Shown here: positions 16,803 to 26,230 of the stretch, in pieces
Layout of the letters: every line of letters starts with the position of its first letter
Position numbering within the stretch: the first letter of the stretch is position 1
Source: an uncultured Hyphomicrobiales bacterium
GTDB lineage: Bacteria; Pseudomonadota; Alphaproteobacteria; Rhizobiales; Beijerinckiaceae
NCBI GenBank assembly: GCA_903932565.1
Contig: CAIZGQ010000073.1
Span: 699 to 64,698 of the forward strand
Direction: 5' to 3'
DNA: 64,000 nt
Program-made: the position numbers and the translations under genes
The notes under the pieces: generated by a model
Seen by the model: the letters and a program-made list of their open reading frames with translations, nothing else
What the model was told of the DNA's origin: nothing
Database searches by the model: none

Positions 16803-17334
16803 TGGCGCATTCTCAAAATGGAAATCTGGCAAAGATACCAATTGGGATGGCTTCTATGCGTGGTGCGACCAGTGGCTTTCCTACCCTACCACATGGGCCG
16901 TTATCCCCGACGTTATCGACGGCGGTTCGCAGTTGCAGGATGCCATGATCCGAGAATGGCCGCACGGCAATCGCGGCGCTCCGGTTTGGCACATGGACGA
17001 GCCAATAGGACGCCTCGCCAAGCTCTGCGACGAATGGCCGAAAGTCTGTATCGGATCAACCGATGAATATGCCGTCGTGTTGTCGGACGCATGGCAGCGC
17101 AGGATGGACGAGGCGTTTAATCTGGTCGCTAAGCGTCATATGCCTTGGCTTCACATGCTGCGCGGGATGCAGTGCCTTGGCCTCCGCTGGCCATTTGCAA
17201 GCGTCGATTCGACCGACATAGCCCAGAACCACCACCGCCCGCAAAACACGCCTAGAGCGATGGCTGACCGCTGGGACGCTATCCAGTGCAAGGCGTCATG
17301 GGAACTGCGCCCCGAGCAAATGGAATTAGCATGA
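16696..17334 (+). CDS. dpdA: DpdA-like DNA (7-deazaguanine) transglycosylase, main part
   Basis: 'CHQIGQSVMLDNGAFS...' is TGT-like. ATGA-coupled to queE. The first ~25 residues of this ORF look non-native. Confidence 0.65.
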   Translation: MTDSMSWLGVISACRLPIRQMLSRCHQIGQSVMLDNGAFSKWKSGKDTNWDGFYAWCDQWLSYPTTWAVIPDVIDGGSQLQDAMIREWPHGNRGAPVWHMDEPIGRLAKLCDEWPKVCIGSTDEYAVVLSDAWQRRMDEAFNLVAKRHMPWLHMLRGMQCLGLRWPFASVDSTDIAQNHHRPQNTPRAMADRWDAIQCKASWELRPEQMELA

Positions 17335-17942
17335 ACTACCGCGTCAAAGAGATTTTCTATTCGATCCAAGGCGAGGGGCACCATGCCGGACGCCCCGCGA
17401 CCTTCTGCCGGTTTAGTGGATGCAATCTTTGGTCTGGCAAAGAGCAGGATAGGCATAAAGCCATCTGCAAATTTTGCGACACTGACTTTGTGGGCGGCGA
17501 TATTTATGAGACAGCGGAAGAATTGGCGGACGCCATAGCCGCTTTCTGGAAAACGAAACAACATCGCTTTGTTGTACTGACCGGCGGCGAACCATCAATG
17601 CAGGTTGATTATGCCCTGCTGACGGCTCTGAAAGAGCGGCATTTCTATATCGCGATAGAAACCAATGGAACGCGGGAAACCCTCACCGGAGTTGACTGGA
17701 TTTGTGTTAGCCCGAAGGCCGGAACCTACATCGCGCAAGATTGCGGGGATGAGTTGAAATTGGTTTACCCGCAGAATGGGATTGATCCAGCCTCATATGA
17801 GGGGATGCGATTTCACCGTTTCTCCTTGCAGCCTGAATATAGCGACCGCGAACGAGCCACAGCCAAAGCAATCGCCTATTGCCTAGAACATCCGAAATGG
17901 AACGTAAGTCTGCAAACGCACAAATTGATGGGGGTCAGATGA
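17331..17942 (+). CDS. queE: 7-carboxy-7-deazaguanine synthase
   Basis: 'IFYSIQGEGHHAGRPATFCRFSGC' and a C-x14-C-x2-C radical SAM cluster (CNLWSGKEQDRHKAICKFC). Confidence 0.85.
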   Translation: MNYRVKEIFYSIQGEGHHAGRPATFCRFSGCNLWSGKEQDRHKAICKFCDTDFVGGDIYETAEELADAIAAFWKTKQHRFVVLTGGEPSMQVDYALLTALKERHFYIAIETNGTRETLTGVDWICVSPKAGTYIAQDCGDELKLVYPQNGIDPASYEGMRFHRFSLQPEYSDRERATAKAIAYCLEHPKWNVSLQTHKLMGVR

Positions 17943-18274
17943 GGATCGCGGCGGAATACACATTCGAGGCAGCTCATCGTCTGCCAATGGTGCCTGACAC
18001 CCACAAATGCAGCCGGATGCACGGTCATAACTATCGTGTGATTGTATCAATTGATGGTCCGCTGGATGAACGCGGTTTCGTGGTGGACTATGCGGAGCTA
18101 GATGAGGTCGTCCAGCCGCTCATAAATCGGCTTGACCATAGATGCCTGAATGACATCGACGGGCTTTCCAATCCAACAGCCGAGATTATTGCAGGATGGC
18201 TCAAGGAGCGTATCCAGCCGAACGCAAGGGTCCGAGTTTACGAAACTTCCCGCTATTGGGCAGAAACTACCTAA
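17939..18274 (+). CDS. queD: 6-carboxy-5,6,7,8-tetrahydropterin synthase
   Basis: 'YTFEAAHRLP...CSRMHGHNYRV' is the QueD/PTPS signature. Confidence 0.85.
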   Translation: MRIAAEYTFEAAHRLPMVPDTHKCSRMHGHNYRVIVSIDGPLDERGFVVDYAELDEVVQPLINRLDHRCLNDIDGLSNPTAEIIAGWLKERIQPNARVRVYETSRYWAETT

Positions 18275-18346
18275 ACCACTGGACAACGTAAATCCCGGAA
18301 ATCATCGGGAGAGCAATCATGAGTACCTATACCACTGGATAACGTC

Positions 18347-18604
18347 ATGGAAAAATACAGAAAGAAGCCGGTCGTGATTGATGCTTGGCAGTGGAACGGT
18401 CAGAGCCGTTCAAATTGGCCCGGCATTATCGCCACGGGCACGGTCACCGAAATCCGCGATGGGCACAAAATCGTTGAACTGCGTATCAAAACGCTTGAGG
18501 GCGAAATGAGAGCAGATCGCGGGGATTGGTTCATTTGCGGCGTCAAGGGCGAGCTATATCCCTGCAAGCCGGACATATTCGCCGCCACATATGAACGCGC
18601 CTAA
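18347..18604 (+). CDS. hypothetical protein
   Basis: 85-aa ORF, 'KKPVVIDAWQW...GELYPCKPDIFAATYE'. Confidence 0.6.
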   Translation: MEKYRKKPVVIDAWQWNGQSRSNWPGIIATGTVTEIRDGHKIVELRIKTLEGEMRADRGDWFICGVKGELYPCKPDIFAATYERA

Positions 18605-18806
18605 ACCTCGGGTTAGCGTCGTCCTTTTGAAAAATAGCACGGAGCATGATATGGTAGCCAGAAGGTTCACGGTGATCGAGAGGCCAAGGCAGATCAACGT
18701 GGGGAACCTTGTTCAGAAACTGAGGCGGATCAGAACTGAGCTCGCACAGATGACGCAGCAGATAGACGATGCTCTTGATAGGATCGAAAGAGCGGATGGT
18801 GGATGA
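18591..18806 (+). CDS. hypothetical protein
   Basis: 71-aa ORF. A later start (MVARR...) is possible. Confidence 0.4.
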   Translation: MNAPKPRVSVVLLKNSTEHDMVARRFTVIERPRQINVGNLVQKLRRIRTELAQMTQQIDDALDRIERADGG

Positions 18807-19275
18807 CATCACCCGTTCCATCGAGGGGTTAACAGACCGTATCGTTGTGTACAGAGCGGTGGTGCAGACGAGAAAGAAGGCGGACATGGACAGGCTGGCT
18901 GAAAAACTGGCTAAGGCTGGTGGGGTGGTAAACCGAATCACCGCGAAGATCGAGGCTCGCGCTGATGCTCTGATAGCCCGTGAGAACGAGCTGGAGGAGC
19001 GCACTCATTCCGCCTTTTCTCCCCATGAGGGTATTTTGTCATCTGCTGAACGTGGGCTGGACGATGTCGAGAAGGCGCTCGCACTTCTGTCCAACGGTGG
19101 GCCCCCTTTAGAAGCCTCAAGGCCCTTATCGCTAGAAGATCCAGCAAATCTGGCGGCGTGGATCCTAAACAATAAAATCAGTATGGAGCAGCATAACGCC
19201 GCGATCGCCGCGGGCCATGTGCCGGAATCCCGCTATTATTTTGAATACATTGAACAGCACAAGCCGACAGAATGA
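18796..19275 (+). CDS. hypothetical coiled-coil protein
   Basis: Start at MVDDITRS, overlapping the upstream stop. Confidence 0.5.
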   Translation: MVDDITRSIEGLTDRIVVYRAVVQTRKKADMDRLAEKLAKAGGVVNRITAKIEARADALIARENELEERTHSAFSPHEGILSSAERGLDDVEKALALLSNGGPPLEASRPLSLEDPANLAAWILNNKISMEQHNAAIAAGHVPESRYYFEYIEQHKPTE

Positions 19276-19724
19276 GCGCCAAGTCAAATCCACACAGGGA
19301 TGAGCTTTTCGCCCAATATCTATCTTCTGGGATGCCGCAGCTAGAGGCCTATCACGCTGCTGGATTCAAGGGGGACACGCCTAATGCTTCGCGGAAGGCA
19401 AATACCCCTGAAATGCTCAAGCGAGTGGCCGACATCAGGGCCAAGGCAATTGAGAATCTAATTATAGACAAGCAGTGGGTGGTCAGACAGTTGATCATGA
19501 ACCACAATAGAGCGTTTCAGAAGGGAATGATTGCGGCATCAAATCAATCTCTAGAGCTCATAGGGCGAGAACTGGGGATGTTTGTCGACCGCAAGGACAT
19601 CCGAGTTCATGCTCAATTCGAGCGGCTTACAGACAGAGAGTTGTTGCAGCAACTGAAAGAGGTTACACAACAACTAGCGATCGAGGACAAGTCTGAGGCC
19701 GAAGATGCCGATACGCCAGAATGA
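19272..19724 (+). CDS. terS: terminase small subunit
   Basis: 'FAQYLSSGMPQLEAYHAAGFKG...' is a Terminase_2-like N-terminus, directly upstream of TerL. Confidence 0.7.
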   Translation: MSAKSNPHRDELFAQYLSSGMPQLEAYHAAGFKGDTPNASRKANTPEMLKRVADIRAKAIENLIIDKQWVVRQLIMNHNRAFQKGMIAASNQSLELIGRELGMFVDRKDIRVHAQFERLTDRELLQQLKEVTQQLAIEDKSEAEDADTPE

Positions 19725-19971
19725 CGATGAGTTCTTCTTTGAACCCACCAAAGAAGAGAAAGAGCGCTGTCTAGTCCTGCGCGACGTCATTTTGGAAATC
19801 TGCGACGAGATCGAGCCAGACGACACCAATATGGTGGTGAACGCCCTGTCCTACGTCATGGCTGAAGTTCTGACGGATATGTGCCCGGACAGTCTGACAG
19901 CAATGTTCCTGATCAACGCCATCATGCCACGGATACTGAACAACGTCCGCAATAGCCGGGTCTTGAACTGA
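19705..19971 (+). CDS. hypothetical acidic protein
   Basis: 88-aa ORF between terS and terL. Confidence 0.5.
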   Translation: MPIRQNDDEFFFEPTKEEKERCLVLRDVILEICDEIEPDDTNMVVNALSYVMAEVLTDMCPDSLTAMFLINAIMPRILNNVRNSRVLN

Positions 19972-21659
19972 TGCTGACCCAGCTTAAGGGATGGGATGGG
20001 GAAACCCTGCCGCAGGATGAGCGGCAAACCCTGTCAGTCATGATCCAGCAGGGGCGGAACAGGATCACCAGAAAGCGCCACAGCCGCCGTGGCGGGCTCA
20101 TGGAGTTCATCAAGGACTTCTGGTCGGTCCTAGAGCCCCAGACAAAATTGGTCGATGGGTGGCCTCTGGAGGCTCTCTGCACCCACCTCGAGGCAGTCAC
20201 CCGCGGCAAGATCACCCGGATACTGATCAACGTGCCGCCGGGTTTCATGAAATCACTGGTCACGGACGTATTCTGGCCAGCATGGGAATGGGGCCCGATG
20301 AACATGGCCCATCTCCGATATGTCGCATTCTCATACTCAGCGGAACTGACGGAGCGCGACAACGACCGGTTTGGGGCCTTGATATCCTCCGAGATGTACC
20401 AAGAGCTCTACGGCGACCGTGTCCAGATCCGGAAACTGGGCCAGAAAATGGTCAGCAACTCCCAGCGAGGATGGAAAAGAGCCACCTCAGTTGGAGGCGT
20501 AGGAACGGGCGAAAGAGGCGATCGCGTGATCCTCGACGACCCCCATAACATCAAGGAAGCCGAATCGGAGGTTATCCGATCCGAGACGGTCAGATGGTTC
20601 AGAGAATCGATGAGCAATCGTCTGAACGATGTCGACACCGGATGTGTCGTGATCATCATGCAAAGAGTACATGAAGATGACGTAAGCGGAGTGATCCTCT
20701 CCGAAGATCTCGACTACGTCCACCTCATGATCCCAATGGAGTACGACGTAGACCGACAAGTAGACGACAACGGAAATCCCCTAGAAACTCCAATAGGATG
20801 GTATGACCCACGCTTCGATGAGGCAGATAACCTAGATGACCTCAACGGTATACTGGCTTGGCCAGACCGTTTCTCCGAAGCCGCATGCGTCCGAATGATG
20901 AAGGATATCGGTCCTTACGGATGGGCCGGTCAGTACCAACAAGCACCCGCTCCTCGAGGTGGCGGTATATTCCAGAGATCATGGTGGCAGCTTTGGGAGA
21001 GCACTGACGGAAAGTTCCCGGCATTCGACTATATGCTGGCCAGTTTAGACAGCGCATTCACCGACAAAGAGCAGAACGATCCCAGCGGATTAACTATATG
21101 GGGCATCTGGCAGAAGGACGGCATGAACCGGATTATGCTGGTGCATGCGTGGCGCAAACATCTGCAGTTTAGCGGTCCACGGATCGAGCCAGAGCCGGGT
21201 GAAAGCAAGGCCAATTGGGTATTCCGGACCCAGAAGACGTGGGGGCTGATGGAATGGCTGCGGTATACCTGCGAGCGGTTCAAGGTCGATCGGCTGCTGA
21301 TCGAGGCTAAGGCTAGCGGGATGTCCGCGGCGCAGGAGCTCCAGAACCGGTTCTCGGACTTAGACTTTGCGATCCAGTTGTGCCAGGTGAAGGGTGACAA
21401 GATGGCTCGAGCGCTGGCGGTTCAGGCCACATTTGCCCAAGATCTGGTATACGCCCCATCCCGCGAATGGGCTGAGATGGTGATCGACGAAATGGCGGTC
21501 TTCCCCAAGGGCAAATACAAGGATCTGACCGATTCGACGACCCAAGCCATCAAGTACCTGCGTGATACCGGGATGGCGTTCACGGATCGAGAAACCCACC
21601 GGCAGGAGCAGGAGGCTTTGGTCCCCCAGAAGAAGAAACGGGCGCTTTACCCGGTTTGA
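19971..21659 (+). CDS. terL: terminase large subunit
   Basis: ATPase 'ILINVPPGFMKSL' and 'RVILDDPH'. C-terminal nuclease-like domain. 562 aa. Confidence 0.85.
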   Translation: MLTQLKGWDGETLPQDERQTLSVMIQQGRNRITRKRHSRRGGLMEFIKDFWSVLEPQTKLVDGWPLEALCTHLEAVTRGKITRILINVPPGFMKSLVTDVFWPAWEWGPMNMAHLRYVAFSYSAELTERDNDRFGALISSEMYQELYGDRVQIRKLGQKMVSNSQRGWKRATSVGGVGTGERGDRVILDDPHNIKEAESEVIRSETVRWFRESMSNRLNDVDTGCVVIIMQRVHEDDVSGVILSEDLDYVHLMIPMEYDVDRQVDDNGNPLETPIGWYDPRFDEADNLDDLNGILAWPDRFSEAACVRMMKDIGPYGWAGQYQQAPAPRGGGIFQRSWWQLWESTDGKFPAFDYMLASLDSAFTDKEQNDPSGLTIWGIWQKDGMNRIMLVHAWRKHLQFSGPRIEPEPGESKANWVFRTQKTWGLMEWLRYTCERFKVDRLLIEAKASGMSAAQELQNRFSDLDFAIQLCQVKGDKMARALAVQATFAQDLVYAPSREWAEMVIDEMAVFPKGKYKDLTDSTTQAIKYLRDTGMAFTDRETHRQEQEALVPQKKKRALYPV

Positions 21660-21779
21660 GGTGGCACTAAAAATAGTTGTTGCAGACCCATAATTTCTGT
21701 GCCACGCTGTCTCCGAGGCTTCAATGACCGACGAACTCCTTTCCATCGCCATCGCCGCTATCGGGATGAGGTAACCACC

Positions 21780-21908
21780 ATGCTTTCCCTTTACACCACC
21801 GCGGAGCTGCAATTGAAGATCCTCCGCCATCAGGAGGGTCGTGTGACGCAGCCCGCCAAATTGCTGAAGGCTATCAGGGCAGAGATCGCCTCGAGAGAGC
21901 ACAAATGA
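21780..21908 (+). CDS. hypothetical 42-aa protein
   Basis: MLSLYTTAELQLKILRHQEGRV... Internal ATG of ORF 21699-21908. Confidence 0.3.
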   Translation: MLSLYTTAELQLKILRHQEGRVTQPAKLLKAIRAEIASREHK

Positions 21909-22036
21909 CGAAGACGAAGCCTGCCGAGAAACCCAAGCGTGGCCGACCCAAGATCGTCGGCCCGCGTCCTTGGGAGGTTAAGGGCATGTCCCGCCGCACA
22001 TGGTATCGCCGCAAGAAGCTGGGGTTGGAGAAATGA
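21905..22036 (+). CDS. small basic HTH-like protein (43 aa)
   Basis: MTKTKPAEKPKRGRPKIVGPRPWEVKGMSRRTWYRRKKLGLEK. Coupled on both sides. Confidence 0.4.
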   Translation: MTKTKPAEKPKRGRPKIVGPRPWEVKGMSRRTWYRRKKLGLEK

Positions 22037-22476
22037 GAATGCTCTGGAACGATGAGATGGATTCTGAACTGAGGGATCTGTTCTCCAAGGGGCTTTCATA
22101 CACGCAGATAGCATCAGTGATGAACCGAAAATTCCAGACAGTGCTCACCCGAAACGCCACGATCGGCAGATCCCATAGGCTGAATTTGCAGGGAACAAGA
22201 ACAGAGGAGAGGCCTAGGAGCCGCAAGCATATCTCGACCGAGCCCAAGCCGGTAAGGGCCAAGCGGCCTCCGATGATCAAGGCTGAATTCATTGTGCCGG
22301 TATGCGTCGAGGTGCCGGTGAAGCCGCGGCATATAACGCTGCAGGAGCTCAGCGAATCGGTCTGCAAATATCCTTATGGGGACGAACCGCCATATACGTT
22401 CTGCGGCCACCCGTCGAAGACCGGAAAGCCATACTGCAGCCCACATTGGAACGTCACTAATCCGCCGAGATCATGA
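22033..22476 (+). CDS. gcrA: GcrA-like cell-cycle regulator homologue
   Basis: 'WNDEMDSELRDLFSKGLSYTQIASVM...TRNATIGRSHRL' and the C-terminal 'CKYPYGDEPPYTFCGH...KPYCSPH'. Confidence 0.8.
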   Translation: MRMLWNDEMDSELRDLFSKGLSYTQIASVMNRKFQTVLTRNATIGRSHRLNLQGTRTEERPRSRKHISTEPKPVRAKRPPMIKAEFIVPVCVEVPVKPRHITLQELSESVCKYPYGDEPPYTFCGHPSKTGKPYCSPHWNVTNPPRS

Positions 22477-22570
22477 TGACCACGCATGACGCCTTCAAGA
22501 CCGGAGTGTGCTTAGGGCTGGCACTATTCGGTCTATATCTCTTCAGCCTGCTGGTAGGTATCGGACCAAC

Positions 22571-22858
22571 ATGAGCAAGATAATCGGAGCGCAGCCCAAG
22601 CTATCGAGCGATCAGATCCAGATCGTGGACGTCCTCAAGGAGACGCTGGCAATGGCGCTGGAGGGCAAGATCAACACGCTGGGGATCGTTGCCTGCCTCG
22701 AGGATGGGCCAGCCACGCTGGTCGGTGGGCGCAATGCCGCGGCGTTGAACATCGGCATCGATCACCTCAAGCACAAGATCCTGATGGCCACGTTTGAGGC
22801 TGGCGAGGACACGGTTCAGCGGGTTGCGCCGCATATCATCAAGCCACGGGGGAATTGA
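22571..22858 (+). CDS. hypothetical protein
   Basis: Start at MSKIIGAQ within ORF 22508-22858. Confidence 0.5.
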   Translation: MSKIIGAQPKLSSDQIQIVDVLKETLAMALEGKINTLGIVACLEDGPATLVGGRNAAALNIGIDHLKHKILMATFEAGEDTVQRVAPHIIKPRGN

Positions 22859-23040
22859 TGACGTATCATATGTGGCCTCAGATCCTTGTGGCTATGGTGT
22901 TCATCGCCATTACGGTGATGGGATTTATTCGCAACGGACAGCCCCTTAATAACCCGACAACCAACGCGACCCAGATCTTTTGGACCTCGATGTGGTTTGC
23001 GCTGGTGCTTGGGGCTGGTGGCTTTTGGGATTTGAGGTGA
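22855..23040 (+). CDS. small membrane protein
   Basis: 61 aa with two hydrophobic helices. Confidence 0.45.
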   Translation: MMTYHMWPQILVAMVFIAITVMGFIRNGQPLNNPTTNATQIFWTSMWFALVLGAGGFWDLR

Positions 23041-23043
23041 GCC

Positions 23044-23208
23044 ATGGTCGACCAGCTATCGCTTGATTCGTACATCCTGAAGCACTGGCGGGCAGGCCGG
23101 GATACACTCGAGATCGCTAAGTTGCTGCAACTGCGAGAGCATGTGGTCGCCAACAGGCTATGGCACATCAGGGATATGGGGAAATGCCAGCAAACGAGCT
23201 CAGGCTAA
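23044..23208 (+). CDS. small HTH-like protein (54 aa)
   Basis: MVDQLSLDSYILKHWRAGRDTLEIAKLLQLREHVVANRLWHIRD... Confidence 0.4.
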   Translation: MVDQLSLDSYILKHWRAGRDTLEIAKLLQLREHVVANRLWHIRDMGKCQQTSSG

Positions 23209-23278
23209 TAGCGATCGCCATAAATCTGGCGGGATGGGTTCTGATCATTGGGGCAATCAAACTTATAGGGGGATTGTA

Positions 23279-23494
23279 ATGCCAGCTGGTCAACAGTTGA
23301 TCGAAGCGGTTGCTGCAGAGCTCAAGGCGGATATCGGGCAGCATCCATGGCAGATTGAATTGGCGCTGTTGCCAACAAGGGGAAAGGTATCCCGCCGGGT
23401 GGTGCGCTACGCCATCACCGAGTTGCTCAAATCCGGCAGGGCGCTTAGGATTGGTTCCAGGGGTTTGGTTTACGCGGCTCCGGAGATCAAGTGA
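23279..23494 (+). CDS. hypothetical protein (71 aa)
   Basis: Start at MPAGQQLIEAV within ORF 23141-23494. Confidence 0.45.
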   Translation: MPAGQQLIEAVAAELKADIGQHPWQIELALLPTRGKVSRRVVRYAITELLKSGRALRIGSRGLVYAAPEIK

Positions 23495-23670
23495 TGGCCC
23501 ACGCCTACAAAGAGCGCCTTGACTACGTCAGCAAGAAGATGGCTGAACTGGAAGCGGCGCTCGAGCGTGAGCACATCGGAACTGCAAAAGAGATTTTAGC
23601 TGTGATGAAGAACGCGCTACGCGGCAAGCGCTATTTGAACCGGATGGTTCCGGGTTGGGGTGATCAGTGA
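23494..23670 (+). CDS. hypothetical 58-aa protein
   Basis: ATGA-type coupling. MAHAYKERLDYVSKKMAELEAALE... Confidence 0.4.
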   Translation: MAHAYKERLDYVSKKMAELEAALEREHIGTAKEILAVMKNALRGKRYLNRMVPGWGDQ

Positions 23671-23672
23671 GT

Positions 23673-23798
23673 ATGTTTGACACCCTGAACTTCTACGATC
23701 GCCTCTCCAGTGGAATTCTTTACGGAATGGGCGGAATAGCCCTTGGTAGCGCCGTTCTGGTCGTCGGGCTTTGGATGTGGCGCGACATGCAGAAATAG
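23673..23798 (+). CDS. hypothetical 41-aa membrane peptide
   Basis: MFDTLNFYDRLSSGILYGMGGIALGSAVLVVGLWMWRDMQK. Confidence 0.3.
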   Translation: MFDTLNFYDRLSSGILYGMGGIALGSAVLVVGLWMWRDMQK

Positions 23799-23885
23799 GT
23801 TATATGAACTGCCTCGCCATAGTTTGGCGGGACCATACGAATCATTAGACCGAGCCGGTCATGCTTCGCAAACAAGCGGTCCCGC

Positions 23886-26222
23886 ATGGCCGAAGCGCAG
23901 CCTATTACGGTTACGGTTGAAGACGATGAGGATCAAACCATCATCGTTGACCCGGATACCGGCACCGTTGAGGAAATGCAGCCCGACGGTGGGGTAATCG
24001 TAAGGCTGGATGAGCGGCGTAAGGCTGGCCTTGGCCCGGATGCCGACAAGTGGTTCCGCAATCTGGTCGACGAACTGCATGGCACCGAGCTCTCAGTCAT
24101 AGCCAATGACCTTATCGAGGGCGTTAAGGCTGACGATCAATCCAGAACCGGCAAGCTGGACGATATCCGCCGCGGTCTTGATCTGCTTGGCCTCCAGATC
24201 CAAGAGCCAAACAGCGACGTCAACGATAGCGGTTCCGGCCCACAGATATCCAGCGTCACCAATCCATTGCTGCTCGAGGCTGTCCTGAAGGGATGGGCCA
24301 ATGCAGAGGCTGAGCTCCTGCCTGCGAGCGGTCCCGCCAAGATCAAGACGGACGGCAAGGAAACCTCGCAGGAAGACGAATCAGCAGAGACGCTCGAGCG
24401 AGGGATCAACCACTATCTCACCGCGGTAGCTGTCGAATACTATCCCGAAACGTCGCACATGCTGTTGTGGGGAACCTATTTCGGCGGATCGGGGTTCAAG
24501 AAGGTCTACCGGTGCCCGATGAGGCGCAGGCCGGTTGCCGAGACGGTAGAGACGAAAGACCTGATCGTCAGCAATACCTCCAAGGATCTGCGCAGTTGCG
24601 GACGAATCACTCATCAGATCCCGATGCGGCCAAGCGTCTTCAAGAGGATGCAATTGCTGGGGGCCTATCGCAAGACCAGTGGCTCACAGCCCAATCCGGA
24701 ACCGAATGCGGTCGATGAGAAGGTCGGAGCGATCCAAGGCACCGATACGACGCCGAGCAGGCCAGAGGACAAGCCATACACGATCTGGGAAACGCAGTGC
24801 GAGCTCGACCTCGACGATTTCATTCCAGAGGGTTCAAAGTTCAAGGGCCAAGGCATCCCGCTGCCGTATCTGGTGACGATCGACAAGGACAACGAAGAGG
24901 TTCTGGCGATCAGGCGTGATTGGGATGAGGATGACGAATACTGCACCCGCCTCCGAATGTATGTCCGATATCCGTATATCCCCGGACCCGGATTCTACGG
25001 AACTGGAATGCTCAACATGCTTGGCAATGCCAGCATGGCAATGACGGCAGCATGGCGTGAAGCGCTCGACGCCGGGATGTACGCCAATTTCCCTGCTGGT
25101 TTCATGTCGAAGATTGGTGGTCGACAGATCAACACCGACATCAAGTTGGGACCGGGCGAATGGCGTCCGATCGAGACGAACGGCCTTCCCATCAGTGCGG
25201 TCATATCCCCAAATCCCTACAAGGATGTCACGCCGGGACTGATGACGCTGATAGACAAGATCACCGAGCAGTGTCGAGCGCTTGGTCAGGGGGCAGAACT
25301 ACCGGCTGCAGAAGGCCTGCAGAACGTCCCGGTTGGCACCATGCTGGCTCAGGTCGAGCAGGCCACCAAGATCATGGCTGCGGCCCACAAGGGCATGCAC
25401 AACGCTCAGAGCGAAGAGCTGCAGCTTCTGGTCGATCTGTTCAAGAAGCATCCCGATGATCTCATCCGGAATGGCGACCATGATTCGCCTTTTGATGGCT
25501 GGGATGAGGCTCAACTGATCCAAGCGCTAAACGATCACAAGCTGGTGCCGGTTTCTGACCCAAATGTGCCGAGCCATATCCATCGTGTGGCTAAGGCATT
25601 GGGTCTGGTGCAGTTGTTCAACATCCCGGTGTTCGCGGCGCGGCTCGACCCTGATGAGGCGCTCAAGCGTGTCCTTGCCGCGATGCGCGAAGACCCGAAT
25701 GGGCTGCAGGTTCCGGCTCCTACGCCCCAGCCACAGCAAGATCCGGAAGCCGCGGCGAAGATGGTCACGGCACAGGCCAAGATGAAGGACGCGGAGAACA
25801 AATCCGCCGATTCTGCGGTGAAGGCGTCTCAGGCGCAGATGAATGCCAAGCAGAAGTCAGATGAGTTGCAGACCGAGCGTGATCTGAGGACATTGGACGT
25901 CACCAAGGAAGTCATCATTCATCAGGCCGACAATGCAAAGATTCAAGCTGGCGAGCGAAAAGATGCCATGGCTGTGCAAGCAAAGGCTTCGCTTGAGGAT
26001 CGCAAACAGGCGCATCAAGAGACGATGGCGAACAAGAGCCACGGGCTCGAGGCCCTGAAGGCAGGCGTTGCAGCGCACGATACCGCCCACGAACAGAAAC
26101 TTGGATTAGCACAGCATGCTCTTGAGGCCGAAAAAGCCGCGAATGAACACGCACTTGAGGTCCACAAAGCGCTTAATCCGCCAACCCCCGCTCCCGCCGC
26201 GAAACCCAAACCGAAGAAGTGA
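23886..26222 (+). CDS. portal protein with a long helical C-terminal extension
   Basis: 778-aa ORF downstream of the terminase. The ~180-aa Lys/Ala/Gln-rich helical tail is reminiscent of the P22 portal barrel. No motif-level proof. Confidence 0.6.
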   Translation: MAEAQPITVTVEDDEDQTIIVDPDTGTVEEMQPDGGVIVRLDERRKAGLGPDADKWFRNLVDELHGTELSVIANDLIEGVKADDQSRTGKLDDIRRGLDLLGLQIQEPNSDVNDSGSGPQISSVTNPLLLEAVLKGWANAEAELLPASGPAKIKTDGKETSQEDESAETLERGINHYLTAVAVEYYPETSHMLLWGTYFGGSGFKKVYRCPMRRRPVAETVETKDLIVSNTSKDLRSCGRITHQIPMRPSVFKRMQLLGAYRKTSGSQPNPEPNAVDEKVGAIQGTDTTPSRPEDKPYTIWETQCELDLDDFIPEGSKFKGQGIPLPYLVTIDKDNEEVLAIRRDWDEDDEYCTRLRMYVRYPYIPGPGFYGTGMLNMLGNASMAMTAAWREALDAGMYANFPAGFMSKIGGRQINTDIKLGPGEWRPIETNGLPISAVISPNPYKDVTPGLMTLIDKITEQCRALGQGAELPAAEGLQNVPVGTMLAQVEQATKIMAAAHKGMHNAQSEELQLLVDLFKKHPDDLIRNGDHDSPFDGWDEAQLIQALNDHKLVPVSDPNVPSHIHRVAKALGLVQLFNIPVFAARLDPDEALKRVLAAMREDPNGLQVPAPTPQPQQDPEAAAKMVTAQAKMKDAENKSADSAVKASQAQMNAKQKSDELQTERDLRTLDVTKEVIIHQADNAKIQAGERKDAMAVQAKASLEDRKQAHQETMANKSHGLEALKAGVAAHDTAHEQKLGLAQHALEAEKAANEHALEVHKALNPPTPAPAAKPKPKK

Positions 26223-26230
26223 GATAGACC

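Noticed and set aside
9568-17334. Programmed ribosomal frameshifting as the explanation for the split primase and dpdA genes.
   Set aside because: There is no slippery heptamer or downstream structure at either site. Both are +1-nt events in short G/C homopolymers. Sequencing error or mutation is the simpler explanation.
21661-21705. Inverted repeat GTGGCAC...GTGCCAC after terL.
   Set aside because: It is only 7 bp with a 31-nt loop and no T-tract. That is too weak to call a terminator or a pac element.
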